Virus record (IMG/VR): IMGVR_UViG_3300043399_000877
Coordinates: 1 to 64,000 of that record
Length of the DNA: 64,000 nt
Direction: 5' to 3' (one strand)
Shown here: one piece after another, positions 22,908 through 32,941 of the stretch
Layout of the letters: each line of letters opens with the position of its first letter
Numbering within the stretch: the stretch's first letter is position 1
Program-made: the position numbers and the translations under genes
Notes under the pieces: model-generated
Told to the model about the DNA's origin: nothing
Database searches by the model: none
The model's input: only the letters and a program-made list of their open reading frames with translations

Positions 22908-23498
22908 TTAACGCCGTTGCACAATCGTATCAACCAGTCCGTAGTCAAGAGCTTCTTGTGCGCTCATAAATGTGTCGCGGTCCATGTCACGCTCAAAGTC
23001 AGCATAGGTCTTACCGCGTGTATTGTGCTGGACATACAGTTCGGTAAGCATCTGCTTCATCTTGGTGATTTCACGATATTGAATCTCAATATCACTCTGC
23101 ATACCACGGGCGCCGCCACTTGGTTGGTGAATCATATGACGAGCATAGGGCAGCATGTAACGATGCCCGGGTTCACCGGCTTGTGCAAGGAAACTGCCCA
23201 TGCTGCAAGCCTGTCCGATAACAATTGTATGCACCGGAGGTTTAACAAACTGCATGGTATCGTAAATTGCCATGCCGGCAGTGATAACACCGCCCGGGCT
23301 ATTGATGTAGAATTTGATCGGACTGTTGGGATCTTGACTTTCCAGAAACAGCATCTGAGCAACAATCAAACTTGCACTGTGATCGTCAACACCGGTGTCC
23401 AGCATGACGATGCGATCTTTGAGCAATCGACTGTAAATGTCGTATGCACGTTCGCCACGGCTTTCACTTTCAATAACTGTAGGGATTAGATTAGGCAT
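22908..23498 (-). CDS. clpP: ATP-dependent Clp protease proteolytic subunit
   Basis: Start MPNLIPTV; [24 protein letters not shown] (Ser), MIHQPSGG (His), MDRD (Asp). Confidence 0.97.
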   Translation of the reverse strand: MPNLIPTVIESESRGERAYDIYSRLLKDRIVMLDTGVDDHSASLIVAQMLFLESQDPNSPIKFYINSPGGVITAGMAIYDTMQFVKPPVHTIVIGQACSMGSFLAQAGEPGHRYMLPYARHMIHQPSGGARGMQSDIEIQYREITKMKQMLTELYVQHNTRGKTYADFERDMDRDTFMSAQEALDYGLVDTIVQRR

Positions 23499-23913
23499 TT
23501 TTTTCCTCTTGATTTGCGACCAGACCGGCCACTGTTTTATAGCGTTCCCAGGCGTTTCTCGCTGCCGGGTTTGATTCATGTAATTCTGCTGTAAGCACTA
23601 GGTCGTACCATTCGTGCTGAGTTCGTAACGGATATGCACCGAACTGTCGCGGCTGATGTAATTTGCCATCGCGCTTGAGACGTATGCTCATTTCACGAAA
23701 TTCAGCTTCCTGTTCTTGATGGTTGATCCATTCAGGGTTGCTCCATAGTCCACCAACTCCGTCACCGGCGTAGCCTCGCCAAATTCCCGTCCATTGCGCG
23801 TCGTCCTCGGGATCAAAGTCGGTGCGGGTCACAATAACCATAACATCGTTGTAATCGACTTTACCGTCAACCAGATCGCGGACGCAACGACTATAGCTGG
23901 TTCCTACTTTCAT
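23491..23913 (-). CDS. Hypothetical phage protein
   Basis: [19 protein letters not shown] conserved phage-type N-terminus. Confidence 0.75.
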   Translation of the reverse strand: MKVGTSYSRCVRDLVDGKVDYNDVMVIVTRTDFDPEDDAQWTGIWRGYAGDGVGGLWSNPEWINHQEQEAEFREMSIRLKRDGKLHQPRQFGAYPLRTQHEWYDLVLTAELHESNPAARNAWERYKTVAGLVANQEEKNA

Positions 23914-24161
23914 GTGTGTTTTCCTTGCAGTTTGATGTTTAGTACAAAGTTTTCAACCAGCAATTTGGTCATGCTGGCCATGGCTATCAGTAATTTACGA
24001 TCGTCCGGCAATCCGGCAATCTGATCTATAACAGTAGCAGCCATGAGATTGTAAGCCTGACGTTCTTCAATGCTGAGCATGCCCCAGTCAATAGGGTCTG
24101 CTATCTCTGCTTGCATAGCAAGATCTACGAGAGTGTCAACAGTTATCTTAGTAGAGTTCAT
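23910..24161 (-). CDS. Hypothetical protein
   Basis: 83-aa ORF in operon. Confidence 0.7.
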   Translation of the reverse strand: MNSTKITVDTLVDLAMQAEIADPIDWGMLSIEERQAYNLMAATVIDQIAGLPDDRKLLIAMASMTKLLVENFVLNIKLQGKHT

Positions 24162-24888
24162 AATTTTTTCCTAGATGATAAAATTGGAAGTCGTTGTAGC
24201 CGGTTTCACGATAAACTGTTACATTTCCGCGAACTCCCATACCATCGGATTTATTAATAAAGTAGTTGATCATAGGCAGAAATTGGCTTTCATTCTCAAC
24301 TCGTATGCATAGCAGATTGTTGTTGCTGTTACGGAAATAATACCGATGGTATGGATTCCTGCGATTTACTCGAGAAACCCGATCCACATAATAAAAACGC
24401 TCGTCAATATCCACCAGCGTTTTATCTTTGTCCAATGACTGATGATTTTTGAGAAGATTTTCCATAACTTGATCTTCCAGATAAAAGTCCGGCAGGCGCA
24501 ATATTACTGGTATATCTGAGTCCTGTAAGGCGTTGGGATTATCCACAACTTCAGTAACTCTCTGTCTGAAACTGCTAACCGTATGACCACGCAAACTGGT
24601 GATCATTAACTTATTTTTAAAATGTCTGCGAATGTCATCAGCTTGTTTGACAAATTCAGGCTCTATATCCGCTTTTAGGTATTCTCCACCGCGAACAGTA
24701 TTTCCAAAAATCATGTTTGCGTATCGAGTGTTGTTGGGATTGTCTGCCCGCAAACGCATAAGCCATGCCAGCGCATCAAAATCCAGATGGTGAACTTTGG
24801 TTTCCGGTAGTGCTATATTAACATCAAATTCATCAGATGCTAAATCTGAAAACCAATCCGGAAATTTAACAGTGTTGCTTGTTGTCAT
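24148..24888 (-). CDS. Hypothetical protein
   Basis: Likely start MTTSNTV at 24888 after the upstream stop. Confidence 0.7.
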   Translation of the reverse strand: MTTSNTVKFPDWFSDLASDEFDVNIALPETKVHHLDFDALAWLMRLRADNPNNTRYANMIFGNTVRGGEYLKADIEPEFVKQADDIRRHFKNKLMITSLRGHTVSSFRQRVTEVVDNPNALQDSDIPVILRLPDFYLEDQVMENLLKNHQSLDKDKTLVDIDERFYYVDRVSRVNRRNPYHRYYFRNSNNNLLCIRVENESQFLPMINYFINKSDGMGVRGNVTVYRETGYNDFQFYHLGKNYELY

Positions 24889-24890
24889 AC

Positions 24891-25613
24891 TTAATCCCAC
24901 AATGATTGATAGTACTTGCCGAAGAGTCGAAAGCCGTTCTGGATACGGTTTGCATAAGCCCGGCGGGCATCCCAATCAGTAACCGCCGTGTGTCCGGGAC
25001 CTTCTACCATTTGACTGGTCCCGTCTTCGCTAATCTTTTTAAATCTAAAGTCATGTTCACCAGTGGTAAACTGATCTTCCCAATCCTGCAGATCACCAGC
25101 TTCGGTCTCGAAAGCATGGATCATTTCATCAAGAACCCAATCCCAACGCTTAAAATGATTGTCGTCAGTGTCCCATTCGTTCTCTTTGGGTGGCGCTGCG
25201 GTGCTGCGCAGATGTTCCGGGACGTCTTCGTCATCAACATACGGCGCACCGTGTGTGGTTGCTTTCAGCTGTTTGAGCATGGGGAGGATAATATAAGCAA
25301 GAGTGTTGTCCATGCTCCAGGTATCCCAGCGATCAATATGGACCGAGATCTTGCGCTTTTTCTTTTGGTCAATCCACAGCAGCAAACGATATAGCCAAGT
25401 GTTAGGACGGTCGTCACGCAATCCTGAAACATCACCAACAGCAGGTTCAGGAAGTACACTGCCATGTGCCAGCCATTCGCCAAATCGATGAACACGATCA
25501 GCAGTATGCGGGAACCCGTATTCATCCTTTTCTTTAGGAACCCAAAACATGATTTTTTCAGCCAGCTGATAAGGGCCGAACCAGTTCTTATAAGGTCCAA
25601 TTTTTACCCGCAT
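24891..25613 (-). CDS. Hypothetical phage protein
   Basis: 240-aa ORF with GGAG RBS and a TTGACA promoter just upstream (~25660). Confidence 0.8.
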   Translation of the reverse strand: MRVKIGPYKNWFGPYQLAEKIMFWVPKEKDEYGFPHTADRVHRFGEWLAHGSVLPEPAVGDVSGLRDDRPNTWLYRLLLWIDQKKKRKISVHIDRWDTWSMDNTLAYIILPMLKQLKATTHGAPYVDDEDVPEHLRSTAAPPKENEWDTDDNHFKRWDWVLDEMIHAFETEAGDLQDWEDQFTTGEHDFRFKKISEDGTSQMVEGPGHTAVTDWDARRAYANRIQNGFRLFGKYYQSLWD

Positions 25614-26153
25614 GTATTTCTCCTTTTCTATAAGCTAACATCTAACTGCCGGGTTGTCAATCAGTGTTTCAGTCAGAATTATCACAAACCTCAGGTAGTT
25701 TGGTGATATTCTTGGTTAGCTAACGCTAACCAGTTGTTTACTTCATTTCGCTCTTAGCATCGCTCATTCAGTCAACAACGATTTTTTATCTGATCTTTTT
25801 CTAGATTCCAATTCACACTTAGCCTTCCGACGGCCGAGTGCAAAATGACTTTTTCTGAGTTCGTCATCACAGTCATATTCAAAAACCTATTAACGTAAGG
25901 GAAAGGCGGTTACGCGGTACCTTTTTACTTTGTGCTTATCATAGCGCAGACAAAGACCAACAATAACATGACCAACTGTTGATCGTCCGTAGGATCCAAG
26001 TGTCAGGAGAGCCTACTCATTCGCTCCGGTCAGGGAGCCACGAAAGGGGACATACAAGGCGTGCTAAACCCACGCCAGGAAACAACACCAGATCTGCTCG
26101 CCGGTCAGGCTAGCTCAAGGTGGCCACTGGGCAACGATTGTTTTTATATAGCC

Positions 26154-26420
26154 TTAGTGTGCCTTTTCATTGGAATAACGAGTCAGTGCCTGTTCAATAA
26201 ATGTTAGTGCCTGTTCTTCTGACATCCAGCCGGCCTCAAACGGTTCATCACCGTAAGGCTCGCCGTAAGTCCATGCGTCAACTGTAAATGGATCTGGATT
26301 GCCTATATAAACTGTCCAACTGTTGCCTCTTGCCCTGAAATAAAATTTTGTGCCTTGAAATGTGCCTTCAGCTTGCACTGGACAAACTCCGCCGATCCAG
26401 TCCAACGTGTATTCTATCAT
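26154..26420 (-). CDS. Hypothetical protein
   Basis: CPVQAEG...FYFRARG motif. Confidence 0.7.
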   Translation of the reverse strand: MIEYTLDWIGGVCPVQAEGTFQGTKFYFRARGNSWTVYIGNPDPFTVDAWTYGEPYGDEPFEAGWMSEEQALTFIEQALTRYSNEKAH

Positions 26421-26830
26421 TTTATGTCTTCCAATATTCTCATAACACCGTCACGCACCAGAAGCGTTACAAAGGATCCTCCGCTGGATCGTGTATATTC
26501 GCGCCCGCCGTCAATAAAAACACTGCCATCGGGACTTTTGTTAAAGTGGTGGCGATAAGCACTGTATATTACATCTCCGTTATCTGCCATTATACCGGTA
26601 ATCTCCTGTTCTTCAACGAAAGCACCGTTGGTGATCATTAGAGTTCCAGCATTGTCACGATATAGTGCAAAATAACGACTGTTGCTCACCGGATGTGGTT
26701 CGGCGCCGTAGAAAACTGCAACGTGAATTCCTTTGTGTTCGGTATCGCATACATACGTTGCGTTGCGCACACTCTCAATTGCGGCTATGTTTTCTGCCGA
26801 AAACAACAGGCTTTCATTTATCAGTTTCAT
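26417..26830 (-). CDS. Hypothetical phage protein
   Basis: YSAYRHHF...FIDGGREYTR motif. Confidence 0.75.
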   Translation of the reverse strand: MKLINESLLFSAENIAAIESVRNATYVCDTEHKGIHVAVFYGAEPHPVSNSRYFALYRDNAGTLMITNGAFVEEQEITGIMADNGDVIYSAYRHHFNKSPDGSVFIDGGREYTRSSGGSFVTLLVRDGVMRILEDIK

Positions 26831-27296
26831 TGTTCAATCCTTGTAGGTGTTCGAAGTTGCGATACTTGTCCAGACGACGATGGTATTCGTCAGCAGCTTC
26901 TTTGAGTTTGGGATATTTAGATTCAAGATTGAAATCTCGATTTATAATAACAGCCAAACTACGTTGAATATCTTCCAACGTTCTCTGATACTGCAAAACC
27001 GGGTCCAGCTTTTCTCTATCCACGTCGTCAACTTTTGTATACCCGTGTGCTGGGCCCGGGAGGTAACTGCCCGTGGGAACCACACCGACGTCAATCCAGT
27101 TGCGCTTTGCTTCATTTATGCCTTTGTGATCATGATAGTCAGGACGGTCGTCAGTGTGACGTCTTGCCCCGCACTGACATTTGTAAAATCTCTGATTCCA
27201 ATTGCGAGTTTTTCCAGTATCAGTATAGTTGGTCTGGTACTGATCGTTGACTGCCATCAGTTCCCAAGTATGGGTATGAAAAAACTTACTGAGCAT
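26814..27296 (-). CDS. Hypothetical protein
   Basis: 160-aa ORF in operon. Confidence 0.7.
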   Translation of the reverse strand: MLSKFFHTHTWELMAVNDQYQTNYTDTGKTRNWNQRFYKCQCGARRHTDDRPDYHDHKGINEAKRNWIDVGVVPTGSYLPGPAHGYTKVDDVDREKLDPVLQYQRTLEDIQRSLAVIINRDFNLESKYPKLKEAADEYHRRLDKYRNFEHLQGLNNETDK

Positions 27297-27891
27297 CTTT
27301 CAAGACCTTCTTCTTAACAGTTTTGTAAATCCCGGGATTTACTTTTAGTACGTGCGGCATCATTTGGTGCCGAATATAGTTCCTAGTATAGCGCAAATCA
27401 CCGTTGCTGTCATCCTGAATAAATGGGATATTTTGACTTGCTGCCCACAATTCAATGTCGCGTTTACGATTTAGTCTGAATGGGCGAATTACGTTTCCGT
27501 TGCGGTAAGGAACAATTCTACCATAACCGTGCAAACTGCTCCACACCCAAGTCTCAACACAATCATCCAAATGATGTGCTGTAACCACCGGTCGCCCCTG
27601 ACATCTATCTTCAAAAAATCGATAACGCTCGTTACGCCAGTGTTCCTCTTGGCTCATGCCAATCGGTGTTTCGGCGTTTTCAATAGTACCGTGAATGCAT
27701 TTGATGTTGCGTTGCAAACAGTGTTCACCAACAAATTGCTCTTCATACAGGCTGTAGTGGTTTCCATGATTAAAATGGAGAACTGTAACGTCGTGGTTCT
27801 TACGAAGAAACTCAAGAGCCACCATGCTGTCAACACCGCCGCTGACAGCAACACAAATTTCTCTAGGCAAGCGCCCTTGCAGCTTGATCAC
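27286..27891 (-). CDS. tilS: tRNA(Ile)-lysidine synthase (N-terminal PP-loop domain only)
   Basis: VAVSGGVDSM PP-loop, RNERY, TAHHLDDCVET, IRPF, DDSN...YTRNYIRH. Confidence 0.9.
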   Translation of the reverse strand: MIKLQGRLPREICVAVSGGVDSMVALEFLRKNHDVTVLHFNHGNHYSLYEEQFVGEHCLQRNIKCIHGTIENAETPIGMSQEEHWRNERYRFFEDRCQGRPVVTAHHLDDCVETWVWSSLHGYGRIVPYRNGNVIRPFRLNRKRDIELWAASQNIPFIQDDSNGDLRYTRNYIRHQMMPHVLKVNPGIYKTVKKKVLKDAQ

Positions 27892-28169
27892 AGCTTGTCT
27901 CCGTCGTATAGCCTGCTGCGTAACTGTACTATAAAAAACTCGCGCATGTCAACAGGAATTTGCTTCGGGTTAAAAGGGGTTGTTCTGTTTTTAAGATAAA
28001 ACACCGTGTCATCGCATTGCATCCATGCTCGATCGCTCATATACATTAACTGTTGTTTAAAAGTGTAAGATCTGGGAATTCGTGTCTCATGAGAATACCA
28101 ATAGCGAACTCCGCCAAACCTTTCAGCTGCTGCTGGTGAAAGCTCATAATACACTACAGTTTTATCCAT
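27888..28169 (-). CDS. Hypothetical protein
   Basis: Operon-coupled ORF. Confidence 0.65.
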   Translation of the reverse strand: MDKTVVYYELSPAAAERFGGVRYWYSHETRIPRSYTFKQQLMYMSDRAWMQCDDTVFYLKNRTTPFNPKQIPVDMREFFIVQLRSRLYDGDKL

Positions 28170-28551
28170 GTTCTTCTACTCGGATTCCTTGAATCCGCAT
28201 CAATGTCACGTGTTTGGGTTTAAGCCATTTTACTGTATATTTTGGTTCCTGCTTGGTCACAATATCGTCAAAAATGACTTGATATACTGTTGGATAGAGA
28301 TACTGCAAAGAACTTCCACCCACCACATTAAGAATTCTGGGTGATCGACCTCGGCCCCGCAAAACTCGACCGTAAGATTGCAAACCGTACTGTCCATTTT
28401 TTGCGATCTTGTCCGCTTTCTTTTCAGGCTCATATACGCGGTATTGCTGGTATCCGATCTTGGGCATCCGTAGTGCATCTGTGGCAGAACGACTTTGTGC
28501 TAGTCGCTCCTGGAGATCGACTTCAAAACGGATAGTCTTTTTCTTTGACAT
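28162..28551 (-). CDS. Hypothetical protein
   Basis: Operon-coupled ORF. Confidence 0.65.
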   Translation of the reverse strand: MSKKKTIRFEVDLQERLAQSRSATDALRMPKIGYQQYRVYEPEKKADKIAKNGQYGLQSYGRVLRGRGRSPRILNVVGGSSLQYLYPTVYQVIFDDIVTKQEPKYTVKWLKPKHVTLMRIQGIRVEEHG

Positions 28552-28879
28552 TGGCAGTGCCCTTCATTAGTTTCAGTAAACGCCGATTACGACATTTTTG
28601 TTCTGCTTTTGGACGAGTTTTGGCAGTTCTCAGTCCTATCCGAGTGTCGTAATCTCTAGCCCATTCAATCCCATACAGGAATGATTCAACTTGCTCTAGA
28701 TCTCCACCAAATACTGAAAGTTCTTTATTAAAAACTGGAAGACTGTCTTCGTCTTTGGGCTTTAATAGAAATATGTCCTCAGTTCTGTTGTAGTTTCCAC
28801 TAAGTCTAAATCCCAGGCGTTCGGCAGACGTTTCCAACTTTTTAATTCGTTCGTATGTGTTAAAACCCACTTTGCTCAT
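28523..28879 (-). CDS. Hypothetical protein
   Basis: Operon-coupled ORF. Confidence 0.7.
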   Translation of the reverse strand: MSKVGFNTYERIKKLETSAERLGFRLSGNYNRTEDIFLLKPKDEDSLPVFNKELSVFGGDLEQVESFLYGIEWARDYDTRIGLRTAKTRPKAEQKCRNRRLLKLMKGTANVKEKDYPF

Positions 28880-29223
28880 TTGATCCTCTGCTCACCCGCT
28901 GGAGTTGTTCTAAAGACATTTGTACCGTTTGCGCGAATTAGGTCCACCAGGGATTGCGGATTTTCTTCAGCAACTGTACGAAGTGTTTCTACATCCACTG
29001 TGCTGTTAAACACCCAAATTTCCGGATTGCGTTGTGGATTGAACCTTGCTCGCAAAGTCATGTGTTGGAGATTCGGCGCGGGTGATGGATCACGTCCGGT
29101 TAAATCTTCCAATAACCGAGTACGCTCGTAGCTTGTCATGTCAAAGATTGTTTCAAATCCCAGACAATCCCAATATGCCACAAACGTATGCAGTTTTTCG
29201 TTGTGTTCAGAATCTGTTGTCAC
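28876..29223 (-). CDS. Hypothetical phage protein
   Basis: WDCLGFE...LRARFNPQRNPEIW motif. Confidence 0.75.
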   Translation of the reverse strand: MTTDSEHNEKLHTFVAYWDCLGFETIFDMTSYERTRLLEDLTGRDPSPAPNLQHMTLRARFNPQRNPEIWVFNSTVDVETLRTVAEENPQSLVDLIRANGTNVFRTTPAGEQRIK

Positions 29224-29473
29224 CGGGTTTTAACTCCAAAAAGCTTCCGTATTTCATTACAAAGTAAGTATACTTTTTCTCACTGTAGAAGTCAAGACAT
29301 ATACAGTGCTTGTACTTTCCAGTGATTTTATCGTAGTCTCGAAATTCGCGATCGACAAACCCCAGATGTTTTTTCATACGTTCGCGTACTAGAATGTAGC
29401 TGGGACGATAATCTTTGCGCAATTGCTCTTTGAGCGAGGCCCATTGCGGAAGTGTGAGTTCTACGGCTTTCAT
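29207..29473 (-). CDS. Hypothetical protein
   Basis: Operon-coupled ORF. Confidence 0.7.
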   Translation of the reverse strand: MKAVELTLPQWASLKEQLRKDYRPSYILVRERMKKHLGFVDREFRDYDKITGKYKHCICLDFYSEKKYTYFVMKYGSFLELKPGDNRF

Positions 29474-30186
29474 AGTGGTTTCAACTTTACATAATTGATT
29501 CTGCTTTTGGGAACCTTGGTAAATTCACAAGAATCCTTCGCAGAAAACTTTGCAGTAATGTGAAACTTGTCTCCGGGCTTGTGTTTCTTATCATGCATAA
29601 ATGACACAAGGTTTCCGTTGATACCACCAGTATATGCATATTTCTCAAAACGTTGGATGTAAAACGTCCGCAGAATTTCGACAACACCTGTAACACGGCC
29701 AGCCAAATATTCACTTTCGGCAAACTCGGTCTTAAGACGCTTCCGCAACTGTGCTTCTGCATCCTCGCGATTATACAATTCCGGAATGTACCCAACAATG
29801 CCCAGTTTGTGACTTGGTGCTGTTTCTTCGCTGATGATGTTCAGCACGTCACGCTTAAACGGACTAAACTCGCCAGTCATAGCATCGAGGGTGTATCTCT
29901 TAAAGAACTTGATAGCAAGTTCCGCATTTTCAAGGTCTTCTTCAGTTACCTCAAGTGGAACAAACTTTTCAGGAATCCAGTTTTTTTGAACTGAATTGGG
30001 ATCATTTTCCATATGAGCAAGCGTATAGAAAATTTGTTCTTTGTTACAAAGAACCCGTTTTCCTTCTTCGCTAAAGGTTTGTTTGATGTATTTGCCACCG
30101 TTTGCGCGGTATGCAGCAAAGGACAATGCTATTACGAACCGGGTATTGTAAGAACCATCGTTTTGTTTAGCAGTATGCAGATTCAT
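29470..30186 (-). CDS. Hypothetical phage protein
   Basis: 238-aa ORF downstream of a TTGACA promoter (~30243). Confidence 0.75.
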   Translation of the reverse strand: MNLHTAKQNDGSYNTRFVIALSFAAYRANGGKYIKQTFSEEGKRVLCNKEQIFYTLAHMENDPNSVQKNWIPEKFVPLEVTEEDLENAELAIKFFKRYTLDAMTGEFSPFKRDVLNIISEETAPSHKLGIVGYIPELYNREDAEAQLRKRLKTEFAESEYLAGRVTGVVEILRTFYIQRFEKYAYTGGINGNLVSFMHDKKHKPGDKFHITAKFSAKDSCEFTKVPKSRINYVKLKPL

Positions 30187-30274
30187 CTTGTTGCCCTGAT
30201 CTAAGTTACTCGCTTACAATAGCAGACGACAGGTGCGTTGTCAAGAGCTGTTGATAAAAAACATCATAACTGCA

Positions 30275-30493
30275 TCATAGGCGATGTATTATTCTGCCCT
30301 TGGTTAAATCATAGGGAGTCATTTCAACTCGAACGCGGTCACCCATGACCAACCGTATTTTGTGTTGTCTCATTTTTCCACCAGTGTATGCTGTTATCTG
30401 GTGCTCGTTGTCTAATTTTATTCTAAAAGTTTGATTTGGTAAAACCTCGATGATTTCACCTTCGTAGTCAAGCATGTCGTTAGCCTTGGCCAT
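30275..30493 (-). CDS. infA: Translation initiation factor IF-1
   Basis: [31 protein letters not shown]...[17 protein letters not shown]. Confidence 0.97.
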   Translation of the reverse strand: MAKANDMLDYEGEIIEVLPNQTFRIKLDNEHQITAYTGGKMRQHKIRLVMGDRVRVEMTPYDLTKGRIIHRL

Positions 30494-30710
30494 TTTGGTC
30501 CTTTGTGTTCAATGTAGAGTCCTTTCTTTTTCCACCTCTTCTCCTATATATCATTTTTTTACGATTTTCTAAGTCGTCTAGCACTTTTTTCTTTTGAGCA
30601 TCAGAAAAAAATTTCCATTTGGAAATTTCCTCTCGAGTCCGATAACATCCTACACAAATGTTTTCAACAGTGTGTATAACACATATTTTAACACATGGTG
30701 TCGGCGTCAT
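30480..30710 (-). CDS. DUF1289 family Cys-rich protein
   Basis: TPCVKICVI...[14 protein letters not shown]. Confidence 0.8.
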   Translation of the reverse strand: MTPTPCVKICVIHTVENICVGCYRTREEISKWKFFSDAQKKKVLDDLENRKKMIYRRRGGKRKDSTLNTKDQNGQG

Positions 30711-30880
30711 TTTTGGCGGCCCGTTAGCTTCCTTGGTTTTGGACCCCAAGAGTGAAACCTCTGCTGATGCAGAATTTGTAGATTCGCGCAGTAGTCCGCG
30801 ACGGGCCAACCGCGGCGCCCTACTGTCAACAAATATTTAGCAAACAGAACGGCGACTGTCAATAAAAAATAAATATTTTT

Positions 30881-31315
30881 ATGATGATTAATGACATTTA
30901 TATTGAAGCTTTTAGAAATGTAATTCATGAAACCGAGCGAGTCACGGGTTATACTGTACCTGAACCGGTCAAGACATATGTAGTAATGCTGTTGTCAAGT
31001 TATATGGATCGTACGAATTTTATGCCCAATCGTGCATTTATTGAAGAGTTGTTATCTCTGTACAGTCATCGTAAGGCCAAAGAGCTCGGAGATACGTGTC
31101 TGTTTTTAACCGGAGTTTTTCCAGAATACGGAAAGCGATACGGTATTGATAAAAACTACTACATGGGAATTGGCATGGAAAGTTATAACATTGCATCACG
31201 ACAGTTAAATGATCAATTGCTTAAAATGCTATCGGATAATTTTTCGTACTTGCAACGTTTTATTGAAATAAGCACTAAGCCGAATATATTACGAGAAATA
31301 AGCATTTGTAGATGA
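30881..31315 (+). CDS. Hypothetical protein
   Basis: 144-aa plus-strand ORF ending at a convergent hairpin; KAKELGDTCLFLTGVFP motif. Confidence 0.75.
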   Translation: MMINDIYIEAFRNVIHETERVTGYTVPEPVKTYVVMLLSSYMDRTNFMPNRAFIEELLSLYSHRKAKELGDTCLFLTGVFPEYGKRYGIDKNYYMGIGMESYNIASRQLNDQLLKMLSDNFSYLQRFIEISTKPNILREISICR

Positions 31316-31340
31316 ATGAAGCGGGCCTGGCCCGCTTCAT
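31316..31340. terminator. Hairpin between convergent genes
   Basis: ATGAAGCGGGCC-T-GGCCCGCTTCAT. Confidence 0.6.
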
Positions 31341-31525
31341 CTTTCAGTAAATTTTTCGTAGAGTGTTACAATTACACCGGCGTATCCGCCTATGGTGAAA
31401 AACGCAAAAGTCAAAAGCCATTCACCCAGCGTTTCGTCACCCCTCCGGGCTGCATTGAAGTATTCATACAGAGCATGTAAGAATCCCACTACAAACCAAG
31501 ATATGACCCAAAAAGATAAACTCAT
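31337..31525 (-). CDS. Small membrane protein
   Basis: Two hydrophobic segments. Confidence 0.6.
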   Translation of the reverse strand: MSLSFWVISWFVVGFLHALYEYFNAARRGDETLGEWLLTFAFFTIGGYAGVIVTLYEKFTER

Positions 31526-31568
31526 GTTACCTCACAGTAGTGGGCCGGGGTCTCCCCCGGCCGACCTA

Positions 31569-32159
31569 TCAGAAGCTAAACTTCACACCAAGGTGTGCTT
31601 GGGTGTTATCAGCAGCAGCACCGTCGAAGTTGTAACGGACGCTGGGAGTGATTGCGATGTTTTCGGCAACCGCAAAGTCAACGCCGACTTCAGCAAGTCC
31701 GCCCTGCTTTGCCCAGTCGTTGGTAGCATCCCAGGTGTAACCAACTTCACCCCAAACAGTGACAGCTTCGGCAGCAACGTACGAAGCACCGAGGGTCGGG
31801 GTCACAGCCAGCACTTCGCTGTTAACGAAGTATTCGGCATCAGCACGGCCGTAGAGGCTAAGTGCATCACGAGAGTAAGTCATGGTGTATTCAGCACCGA
31901 TCGAAAATTCGTCATCTGCACGATGAGTAGTTGCATACACATCGAGAGCACCGGTGGCGTTAGCACCAGCGTCGTAGGAAAGTGCTTCGTAGCCCACAGT
32001 CAGGCTATCATAACCATTATCAGCAGTACCTTCCAGCACAAATTCAAGTTTACCGGTTTCAGCAGTCAGCGTGACGCCAGTGTTGTCGAAGTCGTTGGCA
32101 GAAGCGACAGTGGCAGAGACGGCCATTGCGGCAGCGGCAACAAAAACAGTTTTCATCAT
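31569..32159 (-). CDS. Outer-membrane beta-barrel protein (alphaproteobacterial Omp-like)
   Basis: Signal peptide MKTVFVAAAAMAVSATVASA, alternating amphipathic strands, C-terminal HLGVKFSF (BAM signal ending in Phe). Confidence 0.8.
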   Translation of the reverse strand: MMKTVFVAAAAMAVSATVASANDFDNTGVTLTAETGKLEFVLEGTADNGYDSLTVGYEALSYDAGANATGALDVYATTHRADDEFSIGAEYTMTYSRDALSLYGRADAEYFVNSEVLAVTPTLGASYVAAEAVTVWGEVGYTWDATNDWAKQGGLAEVGVDFAVAENIAITPSVRYNFDGAAADNTQAHLGVKFSF

Positions 32160-32255
32160 CTTGTATAGTTTCCTTTTATGTTAAGCACAATTGCTTATGC
32201 ACTATAATTAGCACGAATGTTTCTATAATGCAACAAAAATATTGAGCTGAACGTG

Positions 32256-32933
32256 TTAGTGGGCTCTAGATGTTGCATTTATGCAACGCAATTTTTGGTC
32301 TATAACTGATACTGTTTGGTCAGAACAAACAACTTCGTAATGATTTACTGGAATTTCTACAATTTCCATCTTATCTTCGAGATATCGCATGCTTTCAATG
32401 GTTACCACACTGTCGTTTGGTTCGTTCATCCACGGGGCATGACCGCGAGTTGTAACTATCTGCGTCCAAGGAATATTTGAAATATCTACTTGTTGTGCTT
32501 CGATAATTGGGGCGCTCTTTCTACCGATGTCTTTAAATAACTGATACTTTGGAACGATGTACCTAGCCCAATCGGCCATGCTGGATCCGCGAAACGGAGT
32601 ACTTATGCTTATTCCCCCAATCACATTGAGATGTTTAGCCATATGCAATGCGTATATTCCACCTAGGCTGTGTCCAACAACAAATATTGGACCACGATCT
32701 TGAAGGTGACTTAGCATTTCATCTAAATTTTTATAAAAACCGTTATAACTTGAGTATTCAACAAAAGTAGAAGGAACGTGTGGAAGTTTTTCTTTTATGT
32801 ATTTAAAACTCAAACTAGACTGGTTAGCACCGTGCAACCAAACAACGTGCGGATATTCTACTGTCTCCGTTTGACTTAAAACAGATTCAGTTTCAACTTG
32901 TTTTGGTTTTAGTAAGTTTAGCAGCCAATTCAT
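32256..32933 (-). CDS. Alpha/beta hydrolase
   Basis: LHGA, VGHSLGG nucleophile elbow, STPFRGS, NDSVV, NHYE. Confidence 0.85.
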   Translation of the reverse strand: MNWLLNLLKPKQVETESVLSQTETVEYPHVVWLHGANQSSLSFKYIKEKLPHVPSTFVEYSSYNGFYKNLDEMLSHLQDRGPIFVVGHSLGGIYALHMAKHLNVIGGISISTPFRGSSMADWARYIVPKYQLFKDIGRKSAPIIEAQQVDISNIPWTQIVTTRGHAPWMNEPNDSVVTIESMRYLEDKMEIVEIPVNHYEVVCSDQTVSVIDQKLRCINATSRAH

Positions 32934-32941
32934 ACAATTAT

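Noticed and set aside
18289-27460. Extra TGTTCCTTA matches at ~18292 and ~27450
   Set aside because: They lie inside coding sequence (DVPYL, IVPYR) and lack the flanking stems of the array units.
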